From positions 1 to 42,560 of the IMG/VR virus record IMGVR_UViG_3300002461_000092: a stretch of 42,560 bases of DNA; one strand, 5' to 3'. Each line of letters opens with the position of its first letter. Position 1 is the first letter of the stretch. This stretch comes from a virus. Under the pieces are notes generated by a model that made no database searches, was not told where the DNA came from, and saw nothing but the letters and a program-made list of their open reading frames with translations. Shown one piece after another: positions 1 to 9,600 of this stretch. A program made the position numbers and the translations under genes.

Positions 1-94
1 CAACACCCTCCTTCGCACCATTGGCGAGGCTCCGGTGAACACCCTGACCGGCTCTCTTCCCGTCGATGCCTCCATGGCTCGTCAGCTTCTCCAC
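1..94 (+). repeat. contig-closing terminal overlap, copy 1 (identical to 42467..42560)
   Basis: nt 1-94 match 42467-42560 base for base. The overlap lies inside the gp11-like ORF. Confidence 0.95.
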
Positions 95-556
95 CAGAAG
101 AGCCGCTCGCTCCAGACCAAGGGCTGGGCGTTCAATCAGGACCTCGACCTTCCCCTTGCCCCCATGACTGACGGCACTGTGCCCGTCCCCGGCAACACGC
201 TCAGCATCGACCCGGTGGACCGCAGCAAGCGCCTCGTCATCCGCGCCGCCAAGCTCTACGACAGGGCCGCCCGGACCAACGTGTTCGCCTCCCCAGTGCG
301 GGTGAACATCACCTACTTCCTCCCCTTCAACGAGCTGCCCGAGTACGCCCGGCAGTACATCACCATCAGCGGCGGCCGGCAGTTCCAAGACGGCACCCTG
401 GGGGATGACAGCCTCCACCGCTTCACCGCGCAGGACGAGATGCGGGCGTGGTCCGACTTCCTCGAAGCTGAGGTGGTGCAGGGCGACTACAACATCCTCC
501 GCGACAGCCCCACCCTGATCCGCACCGCAGCCCGCCAGAGGGTCCCCCTCCGTTGA
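1..556 (+). CDS. tail tubular protein A (T7 gp11-like), 3' part; the gene starts at GTG 42432 and crosses the contig junction
   Basis: The joined ORF is 196 aa. The N-terminus TELEAVNTLLRTIGEAPVNTL fits the conserved gp11 N-terminal pattern (AVN.IL..IGE.PV.TL). It lies between the capsid and gp12 genes, as in T7. Confidence 0.85.
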   Translation, partial: NTLLRTIGEAPVNTLTGSLPVDASMARQLLHQKSRSLQTKGWAFNQDLDLPLAPMTDGTVPVPGNTLSIDPVDRSKRLVIRAAKLYDRAARTNVFASPVRVNITYFLPFNELPEYARQYITISGGRQFQDGTLGDDSLHRFTAQDEMRAWSDFLEAEVVQGDYNILRDSPTLIRTAARQRVPLR

Positions 557-3069
557 TCCTGAACGGCGACCTCCCGAATTTCATGAACGGGGTGTCTCAG
601 CAGGCCGTAGCGCTCCGTCTCCCCACCCAGCTTGAGGTGCAGGAGAACTTCTACTCGACCATTGTGGACGGGTTGAAGAAGCGCCCGCCGTCCGAGCACA
701 TCGCGAAGATCATGGACAGCGCCCCCGACGGGGCCTTCTTCCACATCATCAACCGCGATCAGGACGAGCGATACGTCCTCGTGGTCACCGCCTCCTCCAT
801 CAAGGTCTTCGACTTCGACGGGGTGGAGCAGACCGTCCACGTCCCCAACGGCGTCGGCTACCTGTCCGGCCTCACCGCGCCCACGGACCAGCTCCGGGCC
901 CTCACGGTGGCGGACTACACGTTCCTCGTGAACCGCACCAAGACCGTCGCAGCGGGCACCGACACGTTCCCCCTCAGGGACGCCGAGGCCCTCATCAACG
1001 TCAACGCCGGCAACTACGACAAGCGCTACCGGATCGACATCGACGGCACCAGCGCCGCGGAGTACGGCACCCCCTCCAGCGCCAACAACAAGTTCGTGGT
1101 GGCCAACAACGGCCTCCCCGCGTCCAACCCGTCCGCCAATATCTGGAAGGGCGGGGACACGGTAGAGGCGGCGCCGGTCTCCGGTGACCCCCTCAACGGC
1201 GACGTTGGCCTCCGCCCCAACCAGTGCATCGCCACCTCGGAGATCGCCAAGCGGCTCCGGGCCAACCTCATCGAGAGCATCGGCAACGACGGCGACCCGT
1301 GGGGTGTGGGCATCCACATCAACGCCCTCCACATCGTCAACTACGACGACGACTTCTCCATCGACGGGGACGACGGCGTGAACGGGAACGCGATGAAGGT
1401 CATCAAGGGCCAGGTGTCACGGTTCTCGGACCTCCCCAACTACGGCCCGCTCGGCTTCACCGTCGAGATCACCGCCTCCAACGGCACCAACTTCGACAAC
1501 TACTGGGTCGAGGCTGTGAAGGGGGACAACCCCGGCAGCTCCGCCGTCCGGTGGAGGGAGTGCCCCAAGCCGGGCACCGTGAAGGGCCTCGACGCCGCCA
1601 CGATGCCGCACCTCCTCGTCCGCAACTCGGACGGGACGTTCACCTTCAAGCAGGCTGAGTGGGACGAGCGCGTCTGCGGGGACGGCACCACGATCAACCC
1701 CGACCCGTCGTTCGTCGGTCAGGAGATCGAGGACGTGTTCTTCTTCAAGAACCGCCTGGGCTTCCTCTCGGACGAGAGCTGCATCATGTCCAAGGCCGGG
1801 AGCTACTTCGACTTCTTCCGCACCACGGCCACGGCGCTGCTCGATGACGACCCTATCGACGTCGCGGCAACGCACATCAAGGTCTCGTTCCTCAAGCACG
1901 CGGTGCCCTTCCAAGACACCCTGCTCCTCTTCTCCGCCGAGACGCAGTTCCGCCTCGCCGGTAACGAGCTGCTCACCCCCAAGACGGCCTCTATCCGCCC
2001 CCTGACCGAGTACTCCTGCTCCACCAAGGTGAAGCCCTCGGTGGTCGGGAAGATGGTCTTCTTCCTCTCCGATGCCGATGGCTACGACGGAGGCGGCCAC
2101 GCGGCTGCCTACGAAATGGCCTACGACAAGAAGATGGAGACGGTGGCCGCCGCGGAGATCACCGCCCACTGCCCGGCCTACATCCCCGAGGGCTCCTTCC
2201 GCCTCGTCGGCTCCGTCGATGAGAGCTGCGTCGTGGCCCTCACGGCCGGCGACCCGTCCGCCATGTACGTCTACCGCTACTACTGGAGCGGGGACGAGAA
2301 GGCCCAGTCCTCGTGGTCCCGTTGGACCCTTGCCGGCGCCACTCTCCTCGACGCCGCGTGGATCAACTCCGACCTCTACGTCGTCGTTGCCCGCAGCGGG
2401 AAGGTGTACCTAGAGCGCCTGACGATGGACACGGTGGCCTTCGATGAGGAGGTGGGCTTCAAGGTCGGCCTCGACCGCCGCTTCACTCAGTCCTCCTTCA
2501 TCTACGCCCCGGACAACCCGACGCAGGGCTCGGGCTTCACCGCCCCCTACGCCCCCTCGGCCGGCCTCCGCGCCGTGGTGGTGGACGGCCCCAGCATCCC
2601 CAAGGGTAGCGAGGTCGGCGTCCTGAGCATCTCCGGCTCCACGGTGCGCCTCGCAGGCAACCTCACCGGCCACACGGTCATGCTCGGCTACTCCTACGAG
2701 AGCCGCGCCCGCCTCTCCACGCTGTACCCCCGCCAGCCCACGCAGACGGGACAGCTCATCACCAAGCAGGAAGGCCGCCTCCAGCTCCAGCACCTCGCCG
2801 TCGTCTACGACCGGGCGGGGTTCTTCCGGGTGGAGGTCAGGTCGGAGGGCAGGGCCATGGTGCCCTACACCTTCAACTCCTTCGTGGTGGGCGCCCCGAC
2901 CAACGGCGTCTTGGGCCAGCTGAACCTGGGCCGGGGGCGCATGAACGTCCCCATCATGGCCCGCAACACCCGAGTAGAGATCGACATCGTGAACGATCAC
3001 TGGCTCCCGTCCTCCTTCGTGTCCGCCTCGTGGCGTGGCATCTGGAACCAACGGGGCCGCGAAGTCTGA
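553..3069 (+). CDS. tail tubular protein B (T7 gp12-like)
   Basis: 838 aa. The N-terminal NGVSQQAVALRLPTQ...GLKKRPP resembles T7 gp12 GGISQQPDILRYPDQ...GLQKRPP. The TTG start overlaps the gp11 stop (TTGA). Confidence 0.9.
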   Translation: MILNGDLPNFMNGVSQQAVALRLPTQLEVQENFYSTIVDGLKKRPPSEHIAKIMDSAPDGAFFHIINRDQDERYVLVVTASSIKVFDFDGVEQTVHVPNGVGYLSGLTAPTDQLRALTVADYTFLVNRTKTVAAGTDTFPLRDAEALINVNAGNYDKRYRIDIDGTSAAEYGTPSSANNKFVVANNGLPASNPSANIWKGGDTVEAAPVSGDPLNGDVGLRPNQCIATSEIAKRLRANLIESIGNDGDPWGVGIHINALHIVNYDDDFSIDGDDGVNGNAMKVIKGQVSRFSDLPNYGPLGFTVEITASNGTNFDNYWVEAVKGDNPGSSAVRWRECPKPGTVKGLDAATMPHLLVRNSDGTFTFKQAEWDERVCGDGTTINPDPSFVGQEIEDVFFFKNRLGFLSDESCIMSKAGSYFDFFRTTATALLDDDPIDVAATHIKVSFLKHAVPFQDTLLLFSAETQFRLAGNELLTPKTASIRPLTEYSCSTKVKPSVVGKMVFFLSDADGYDGGGHAAAYEMAYDKKMETVAAAEITAHCPAYIPEGSFRLVGSVDESCVVALTAGDPSAMYVYRYYWSGDEKAQSSWSRWTLAGATLLDAAWINSDLYVVVARSGKVYLERLTMDTVAFDEEVGFKVGLDRRFTQSSFIYAPDNPTQGSGFTAPYAPSAGLRAVVVDGPSIPKGSEVGVLSISGSTVRLAGNLTGHTVMLGYSYESRARLSTLYPRQPTQTGQLITKQEGRLQLQHLAVVYDRAGFFRVEVRSEGRAMVPYTFNSFVVGAPTNGVLGQLNLGRGRMNVPIMARNTRVEIDIVNDHWLPSSFVSASWRGIWNQRGREV

Positions 3070-3542
3070 TGAGCATCCATCGCCCCGCAACCCGGGACGA
3101 TGTTCGGTATATGGCTCCTCGCCTCCGTGCCGCCGATAGGGCGGAGGTGAGGGCCTACACCGGGCTGCCCCCGGAGGTGGTGCTCCACCAATGTCTCGAT
3201 ACCAGCGACCAGTGCTGGGTCGGTTGCGCCGATGACGGCGAGCCGGGCGTCCTATGGGGGACGCAGCCGGTCTACGAAGTCCCCGAGGTGGGCTGGATTT
3301 GGATGGTCTGTACGGACCTCCTCTTCAAGCACCGGTACGAGTTCCTCACCCAGGCCCGTACACACCTCCCCCTCGCCCACGCGAGGTACCCCATCCTCAC
3401 CAATCACGTTGACGCCCGCAACACGGTCCACATCAAGTGGCTCCGGTTCATGGGCTTCTCCTTCCTCCGCCGCATCGAGCGCTGGGGGGCCGAAGGCCGG
3501 CCCTTCCTTGAGTTCGCGCGGCTCGACCCCTCGCAAGGATAA
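3069..3542 (+). CDS. internal virion protein A-like (T7 gp13 position; DUF2833/GNAT-like)
   Basis: The ATG overlaps the gp12 stop (ATGA), so I trimmed the track ORF from 3030. The C-terminal NTVHIKWLRFMGF motif is typical of gp13-family proteins. The position is syntenic. Confidence 0.45.
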   Translation: MSIHRPATRDDVRYMAPRLRAADRAEVRAYTGLPPEVVLHQCLDTSDQCWVGCADDGEPGVLWGTQPVYEVPEVGWIWMVCTDLLFKHRYEFLTQARTHLPLAHARYPILTNHVDARNTVHIKWLRFMGFSFLRRIERWGAEGRPFLEFARLDPSQG

Positions 3543-3544
3543 CC

Positions 3545-4063
3545 ATGTGCCTCCCCGTTCTCGGGGCTCTCGCCAGTGTCGGTAGTGCCATCGCCGGTTT
3601 CGCCGGAGCACAGCAGCAGGCGGATGCCCAAAACGCCTACTACCTCGCCAACGCAGCCGAAGCCAACCGCGCGGCGGGGCAGCAGTTCGTCAATCTGAAC
3701 ATCAAGTCCGACCAGACCCGCGCCTCCGCGCAGGGTGAGGCCTTCGACCAGTCCATCGAGGCCCTCCGCAAGCGCTCCACCGCACAGGTGGCCGCGTCTG
3801 AGGCAGGCGTCTCCGGGCTCTCCGTGGATGCCCTCATCGGGGACATTTACGCGCAGGAAGGCCGCCGCTTCGACCGCCTCGACCAGCAGTACCGCGCCGA
3901 TGAGATGGCCGTCAGGTCGCAGATGGATGACGTTCAGGCCAACGCCCAGCAGCGCATCAACTCCGTCCAGCGGGCCGAGCAGCCGTCGCCCCTCTCCTTC
4001 ATCTTCCAGGGTCTCTCCGGCGCCGTTAACGGCTTCAAGATGCCCGGCATGGGAACCGTCTAA
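3545..4063 (+). CDS. internal virion protein B-like (T7 gp14 position)
   Basis: 172 aa, with a hydrophobic N-terminus (LPVLGALASVGSAIAGFAG) followed by a Gln/Ala-rich helical region. The position between gp13- and gp15-like genes is syntenic. Confidence 0.55.
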   Translation: MCLPVLGALASVGSAIAGFAGAQQQADAQNAYYLANAAEANRAAGQQFVNLNIKSDQTRASAQGEAFDQSIEALRKRSTAQVAASEAGVSGLSVDALIGDIYAQEGRRFDRLDQQYRADEMAVRSQMDDVQANAQQRINSVQRAEQPSPLSFIFQGLSGAVNGFKMPGMGTV

Positions 4064-6564
4064 TGCAGCGCGTCCAAGTCCAAGACCTCCCCGAGCCGGA
4101 ACGCTTCCGCCCCGTGCAGCCGACAGGCGACACCTACGGCGGCGTGGACAAGCCCGTCATCGACAAGAACTGGGAGCGTCTCTCCTCCGCCCTGTCCTCG
4201 TTCAGCACCGCCATCGGCGGCATGGGACGCCGGGACAACAAGGAGCAGGGTCTCCAGTGGGAGGCCATGTACCAGCGGGCCCGGCAGGAGCGCGGCAACG
4301 CCGAGGCCGGCCGTATGGTCATGTCTGGCGAAATCCCCGTCTTCCGAGACCCCGCCCGAGGCCCCGTCGCGGCGAACACCCTAGGCGCCGACCACGCCCG
4401 AGACTGGCTGGAGCAGCAGCGCCGGGACATCGCGCAGGGCACCTACCCCCTCTTCGGCCCGGATGGCCGCCCCACCGACGTGGGCTCCGTCCACTCCCAG
4501 CGGGTGCAGGAGCACTACCAGCGCCAGCCGCCCCAGCTCCAGGTCCGCCCCGGGGTCCTGAACCCCATCGCCCGGGGCTACCAGATGGGCTTCGCTGCCG
4601 AGGTCGAGAAGGCCCGTGAGGAAGCCATTGCCGCCCAGCGGGCCGCGGTGGCGAGCGAGAACAACGCCCTCATCGACAGCAGCATCACCCGCTTCCTCTC
4701 CCCCATCGGGGAGGCCGCCGGCCGCCGCAACCCGGACGGCTCCTTCGCCGTCTCCGACGAGCAGCTCGCGGAGCTGTGGTCCAAGCAGCGGCAGGAGATC
4801 AGGGGCTTCTTCGCCCCGCCCGGCAAAGACAGCCTCATCGACTACCGCCGCATCGAGAACCGCACGGTCGGTCTCCTCTCCGACCTCGCCCGGGACAACC
4901 CCGAGGCGGCCCTCCGGCTGATGCAGCTGAACCGGGGCCGCACCCCCGAGGGCGTGGAGCTGGGTCCGATCATCGCCAACCCGACGCACTTCGACCGCCT
5001 CCGCGACGTGGAGCGGGCCGCGCGGCAGAAGGCCATGGAGAATGCCGACGCTGCGGTCCTCAACCGCGCCGCCGAGGAGGGAGCCCGCCAGCTCCGCGCC
5101 GGTAACGGCATCGCCCTACAGGGCCTCACCGACCGCTCCTACGAGAACCCGTGGGATCAGGACCCCAACACCCGGACCCGGACCCTCTCCGCCTCCCGCA
5201 TCCGTGACGCGGCCTACGCCCGTGCGGCCACGCAGGAGGAGACGGCCATCCGGCAGCAGGGCTCCAGCCCCAAGGCCACCGAGGAGGCGCTCTTCGAGAG
5301 TGCCCGCCGCCTCTACATCCAGAGCAACGTGCCCAACCCGGCGTGGCGGTCCTCCATGAACGAGGCCATCCGCATCTCCGGCGACCCGGCAGCGCTCTCC
5401 GATCCGGCCAACTCGGCCAAGGCGGCGCAGGCCCTCGACCTCTACGAGCGCCTCTCCCGCGAGCACCCGGGCTACCTCAAGACCCTTGGGCTCACCGACG
5501 ACAGCGAGCGCTTCTTCCAGCGTGTCGCCACCCTCCGCGACGGGCTGGGTATGCCCCTCCCGCAGGCCATGCAGGAGGCCGCCCGCATCGGCCAGAACCG
5601 AGCCCCCACCCTCGACGCCGCCGCCCGGCAGCGCGTGGTCACCGAAGCCAACCGCCTCGGTGCTTCTTGGATCGGGTGGCAGTCCGCCGGCTCCAACGTC
5701 ATGGAGGGCCGCAGGAACATCGAGAACCTCGCCACGGAGATCATGGGGGCCAGCGACATCCCGGCTGAGGCCGCGGTGAAGAAGGCCGCCGAAATCCTCC
5801 AGAGCCGCACTGTGGTCCTCAACGGCCGCAGCCACTTCGGTGATCCGTGGGTCTCCAAGGAGAGCCTGCCCTTCTGGCAGTCCCGCCTCGCGCAGATCGT
5901 TCAGGAGCACCGCACCCTCGCCGGCTCTGAGGGCGGCATCTCTGACCCCTCCAAGCTCTCCGTCGTCCGCGTCAACAACGGCGGCGGCTACGCTGTGGTG
6001 GACCAGAACGGCTTTCAGGTCCGCGCCCCGGTCCCCGATCCCCGCAACCCGAATGGCCCTCCCATCCTCCGCCCGGTCTTCATCGAGCCCCGCTCGGTGC
6101 AGAACGCCATGGAGATGGACAGGCAGGCCCGTAAGGCCGGCGAGCTGGCGGAGATCGGACGACAGGCCCAGATCAGGGACATCCGCGCCCAGCTGGCCAG
6201 CGACGAGCAGGCCCGTAAGCAGGGCGGCGACCGTATGGGCCACACCCGCCTCACCGACGAGCGCCGCGCCCAACTGACCGAGGAGCTTCTGGTCCTTGGT
6301 GACCGCGTGGTCGGCCGAGCCCCCGAAGACGGCGGGCCCGCCCAGTCCAACGTGATCCCCGGCCGCAACCCCTTCGGCTCCACCACCGTCGATCCCCGCG
6401 CCCAGCGGATGGATGACCAGCCCGACCCGGCCCCAATGCGTAATCCCCTGACCGACCTCTTCACCCGCTTCCAGCGGCCTGAGGCAGAACGGCAGGACGC
6501 GCAGACGGCGCAGGAGCGGGCAGCCAACGCCATGAGGCGGCGCCGCAGCCGCACCGAACAGTAA
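4063..6564 (+). CDS. internal virion protein C-like (T7 gp15 position)
   Basis: 833 aa, largely helical and rich in charged residues. The start overlaps the previous stop (TAATG). Size and position match gp15. Confidence 0.65.
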   Translation: MQRVQVQDLPEPERFRPVQPTGDTYGGVDKPVIDKNWERLSSALSSFSTAIGGMGRRDNKEQGLQWEAMYQRARQERGNAEAGRMVMSGEIPVFRDPARGPVAANTLGADHARDWLEQQRRDIAQGTYPLFGPDGRPTDVGSVHSQRVQEHYQRQPPQLQVRPGVLNPIARGYQMGFAAEVEKAREEAIAAQRAAVASENNALIDSSITRFLSPIGEAAGRRNPDGSFAVSDEQLAELWSKQRQEIRGFFAPPGKDSLIDYRRIENRTVGLLSDLARDNPEAALRLMQLNRGRTPEGVELGPIIANPTHFDRLRDVERAARQKAMENADAAVLNRAAEEGARQLRAGNGIALQGLTDRSYENPWDQDPNTRTRTLSASRIRDAAYARAATQEETAIRQQGSSPKATEEALFESARRLYIQSNVPNPAWRSSMNEAIRISGDPAALSDPANSAKAAQALDLYERLSREHPGYLKTLGLTDDSERFFQRVATLRDGLGMPLPQAMQEAARIGQNRAPTLDAAARQRVVTEANRLGASWIGWQSAGSNVMEGRRNIENLATEIMGASDIPAEAAVKKAAEILQSRTVVLNGRSHFGDPWVSKESLPFWQSRLAQIVQEHRTLAGSEGGISDPSKLSVVRVNNGGGYAVVDQNGFQVRAPVPDPRNPNGPPILRPVFIEPRSVQNAMEMDRQARKAGELAEIGRQAQIRDIRAQLASDEQARKQGGDRMGHTRLTDERRAQLTEELLVLGDRVVGRAPEDGGPAQSNVIPGRNPFGSTTVDPRAQRMDDQPDPAPMRNPLTDLFTRFQRPEAERQDAQTAQERAANAMRRRRSRTEQ

Positions 6565-6613
6565 CCCAGGAGGGAGGGGGCACCCCGTCCCCTCCCACCA
6601 CACAGGAACCTGA

Positions 6614-9600
6614 ATGAGCAGCATCACTGACGAGCTGGCTGGCGACCCCATTGAGGTGGCGGCCCCCGCCCCCACGACCGAGCAGCAGCTCAACTACGAC
6701 GCCCTGATGAACGCCCCGGCCCCCTCCGCCCCGTTCGTCCCCGGCGACCGGCCCCTCGACCAGGCCTTCCAAGCCCTCCCCCGCAGCGCAAACATTGACG
6801 ACCGCCGAGGCTACCGTGGGATGCGTGAGCGGGCCAACATGGCCATCCGCGACCGCGCCAACGAGGTGATGGCTGCTGACTTCGCCCGCCGCGAGGTCGA
6901 GGCCGAGAGCACCGACACTATCGCCGCGATGCAGCTCATGGGGGAGACCCCCCAGTTCCCCGACATTCAGGACGTGGCCCCCGATCCGGCCCCGGCCGAC
7001 AACTTCGACGGCAGCGACGGAGCCCCGGTGGACGACGCCGCGGCCGCCACCCGCCGCACCCTTGAGATGCCCGTTGGCGGCTACCCCGACGACATCGCCC
7101 CGCCCGCCCCGGCCGCTACGGCGGTCGAGCAGGCCCCTCTCCCGGCCCCGGCTACTACCCCCGCTCCCGCCCCCTCAACGCCCGTCCAGCCCCCCTCTCC
7201 GGCCCAGCAAGTGGCCCCCGAGGACGGGCAGCCGCAGGTCCCGCAGGGCGTGTCCCCCAATGGCGTCCTCACCGCGGTTACCCCCGGCGGTGCCGGCTAC
7301 GACGAGTACACCCGCCGCCTCCGCATTCAGGAGAGCAACGGCGTGGTGACGGCCAAGGCGCCCACCTCCTCCGCCCGCGGCCTCTACCAGTTCCTTGACG
7401 ACACGTGGGGCATCGCAGGGCGCACCCGTAACGGGCAGCCCGTGGGCCTCGCCAACACCCCGACAGGGCAGGCCGCCGGCCTCCGCCCGATCAATCCCGC
7501 GGACGTGGGCACCCCCCGCGACCCGCGCTTCGACCCGGCCCAGCAGGAGATCGCGATCAGGCTCTTCACCGAGCAGAACGCCGAAGCCCTCCGCCGCGGT
7601 GGTCACCCGGTCAACGGTCGGAACCTCTACCTGGCCCACTTCATGGGCTCTGGTGGCGCCCTCCGAATGCTCCGGCTGGTGAGGGACAACCCCGACCTCC
7701 CCGCCGCCACCGTCTTCCCCGACGCGGCCGGCGCCAACCGCAACGTCTTCTACACCCGCGAGGGCCGCGCCCGCTCCGTCTCCGAGGTCTACCGTCTCCA
7801 GACGGCCCGCTTCTCCGACGACGCAGTGGTCACCGAGCGCCCCCAGCGCCGCGTCACCGACCCGCTCGGCCCCGCCGATATGTCCCGTCCCCCGGCCATC
7901 GAGCTGGGCAGGGGCTACCGTGAGGGAGAGCAGGCCGCCATCCGTGCCCTCCGGGGCGAGGAGCAGCGCTCCTTCTTCCAGCTGGTGGGCGATGCCTTCC
8001 AGCGAGAGACCCCCGAGGGTGCCCTCCTCCGACAGGGCCCCGCGTTCACCGAGGAGCCCGGCTGGGCCACCCCGGCCAACCTCAAGCCCTACTTCGACCA
8101 AATCCCCGCGGGCTTCGAGAGCCGCCTATCGCAGGCCATCTCCCCCGCCCACGCGGACTGGATCGTCAAGAAGGCGAAGCAGGACAGCGTGATCGACAAG
8201 GCCATCGAGGAGGCCGGCTGGACCGGCACTGGTGCCTCCGTCCTCGCCTCCTTCCTCTCCCCCTCCGTGTGGGCCATCGGGATCGCCTCGGGCGGCCTCG
8301 GCAGTCTCGCCGCGGGCTCCTTCCGCCTCGGTAAAGCCGGCTCCCGCCTCGCGGGTGCGGCCATCGGTGCGGCTGGTAACGTCGCCTATGAGGGTGCCGT
8401 CGCTGGCATCAGCGGGGACGAGTACGGGGCAGGCGAGGCGTTCGGCGCGGCCATCACCGGTGCCATCTTCGGTGCCGCCTTCGGTCCCATCGGACAGAAC
8501 CCGGCCACCTCCGCCGAAGCCCTGGCCCTCGCCCGGGCAGCTCGCCGCCACGCGGACGACATCATCGGGGGTGACCAGCCCGCCCACGTCCGTGGCCCCG
8601 CCGCGGCAGGCGCAGGCGTCTCCGCCGACCCCAACCTCCCCGAGGTGACGGACAACCCGGCATGGCGTGCCCTGACCGACGCTGCGTTCCAGCGCGGCTC
8701 CGGCAACGCGGTCGCGGACAACCTCCGCATCTCGCTCGGCGGCCAGCTCGCCGTCTCCCCCAACGTGGGCACCCGCGCCGTCGCGAGCGGCCTCGTGGTG
8801 GACGTGGTGGGCAAGGGCGCGGCCGTGAACCACAACACCGCGGATCAGAACATGATCATGCTGGCCCAGCGGTTCCAGTCCCAGTACCTCTCCGTCACCG
8901 ACCCGGCCTACCGCGAGTGGGCCGAGGAGGAAGGCATCGGCTTCTTCGGCCGCCTCATCGGGCGCCGCCGCGAGGAGTTCATGAACACGATCGGTCGGGC
9001 CATCCTGACCGCCACGGACGACGAGATCGCCCAGCTCCCGCCCTCCATGCAGCGCGTCATCAAGGCGCACGGTACGTGGGTCGTGGAGCGCCTGAACGAG
9101 CTACAGGACCCGAGCCTCGTGTTCGGTCCCCGGCAGTTCCGCCGCGGCGTCCCCGGCTCTGAGAACCTCACCCCCGACGCCCGCTACATGCCGGTCCTGT
9201 GGGCCGAGCACAAGATGCAGACGGCCCTCGACAGGGTTGGCTACAACCGGCTTGAGACGTTCATGGCCGGCGCCATCAAGAACGTGCAGACGGAGATTGA
9301 CGACGACCTGGCTCGCCGCCTCGCCGCCGCCATCATCCGTGGCCCCAAGGACCGCATCGCCGGAGCCGACGACGCCATCTCCCGGGCGCTCGCCCACGCT
9401 GACGTGGAGAAGCTCAAGACCATCCTCAAGTCGGACTACGACTGGGAGGACAAGGCCCTCGAAAGCCTCGTCGCCCAGCTCAGCCGCTCCAAGCCGCGCG
9501 TCGAGGGCTTCCTCAACCGCCGCATCGGGATGAACTACCGAGCCGAGATGCAGCTCCCCGATGGCTCCGTGCTCCGCATGACGGACCTCATGGAGACCAA

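Noticed and set aside
1-94. The 94-nt terminal repeat as the phage's biological direct terminal repeat.
   Set aside because: It lies in the middle of the gp11-like coding sequence. In T7-like phages the DTR lies between the terminase and the early genes, so this is an assembly overlap.
1184-4619. Alternative-frame + strand ORFs inside the gp12-gp15 genes: 1184..1381, 1224..1658, 2072..2413, 3232..3585 and 3735..4619.
   Set aside because: They are embedded out of frame in genes that have clear homology motifs. Their products are Pro/Arg/Ser-rich low-complexity sequence.
5116-6693. Long minus-strand ORFs. Examples are 5116..6693 (525 aa), 9101..10726 (541 aa), 12267..13658 (463 aa), 20471..22021 (516 aa), 21660..23375 (571 aa), 33520..34998 (492 aa) and 37649..39646 (665 aa).
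   Set aside because: Each lies antisense to a well-supported + strand gene with recognisable motifs. Their products are low-complexity Gly/Arg/Ala/Val/Asp strings typical of mirror ORFs in GC-rich DNA, and no start or RBS context supports them.
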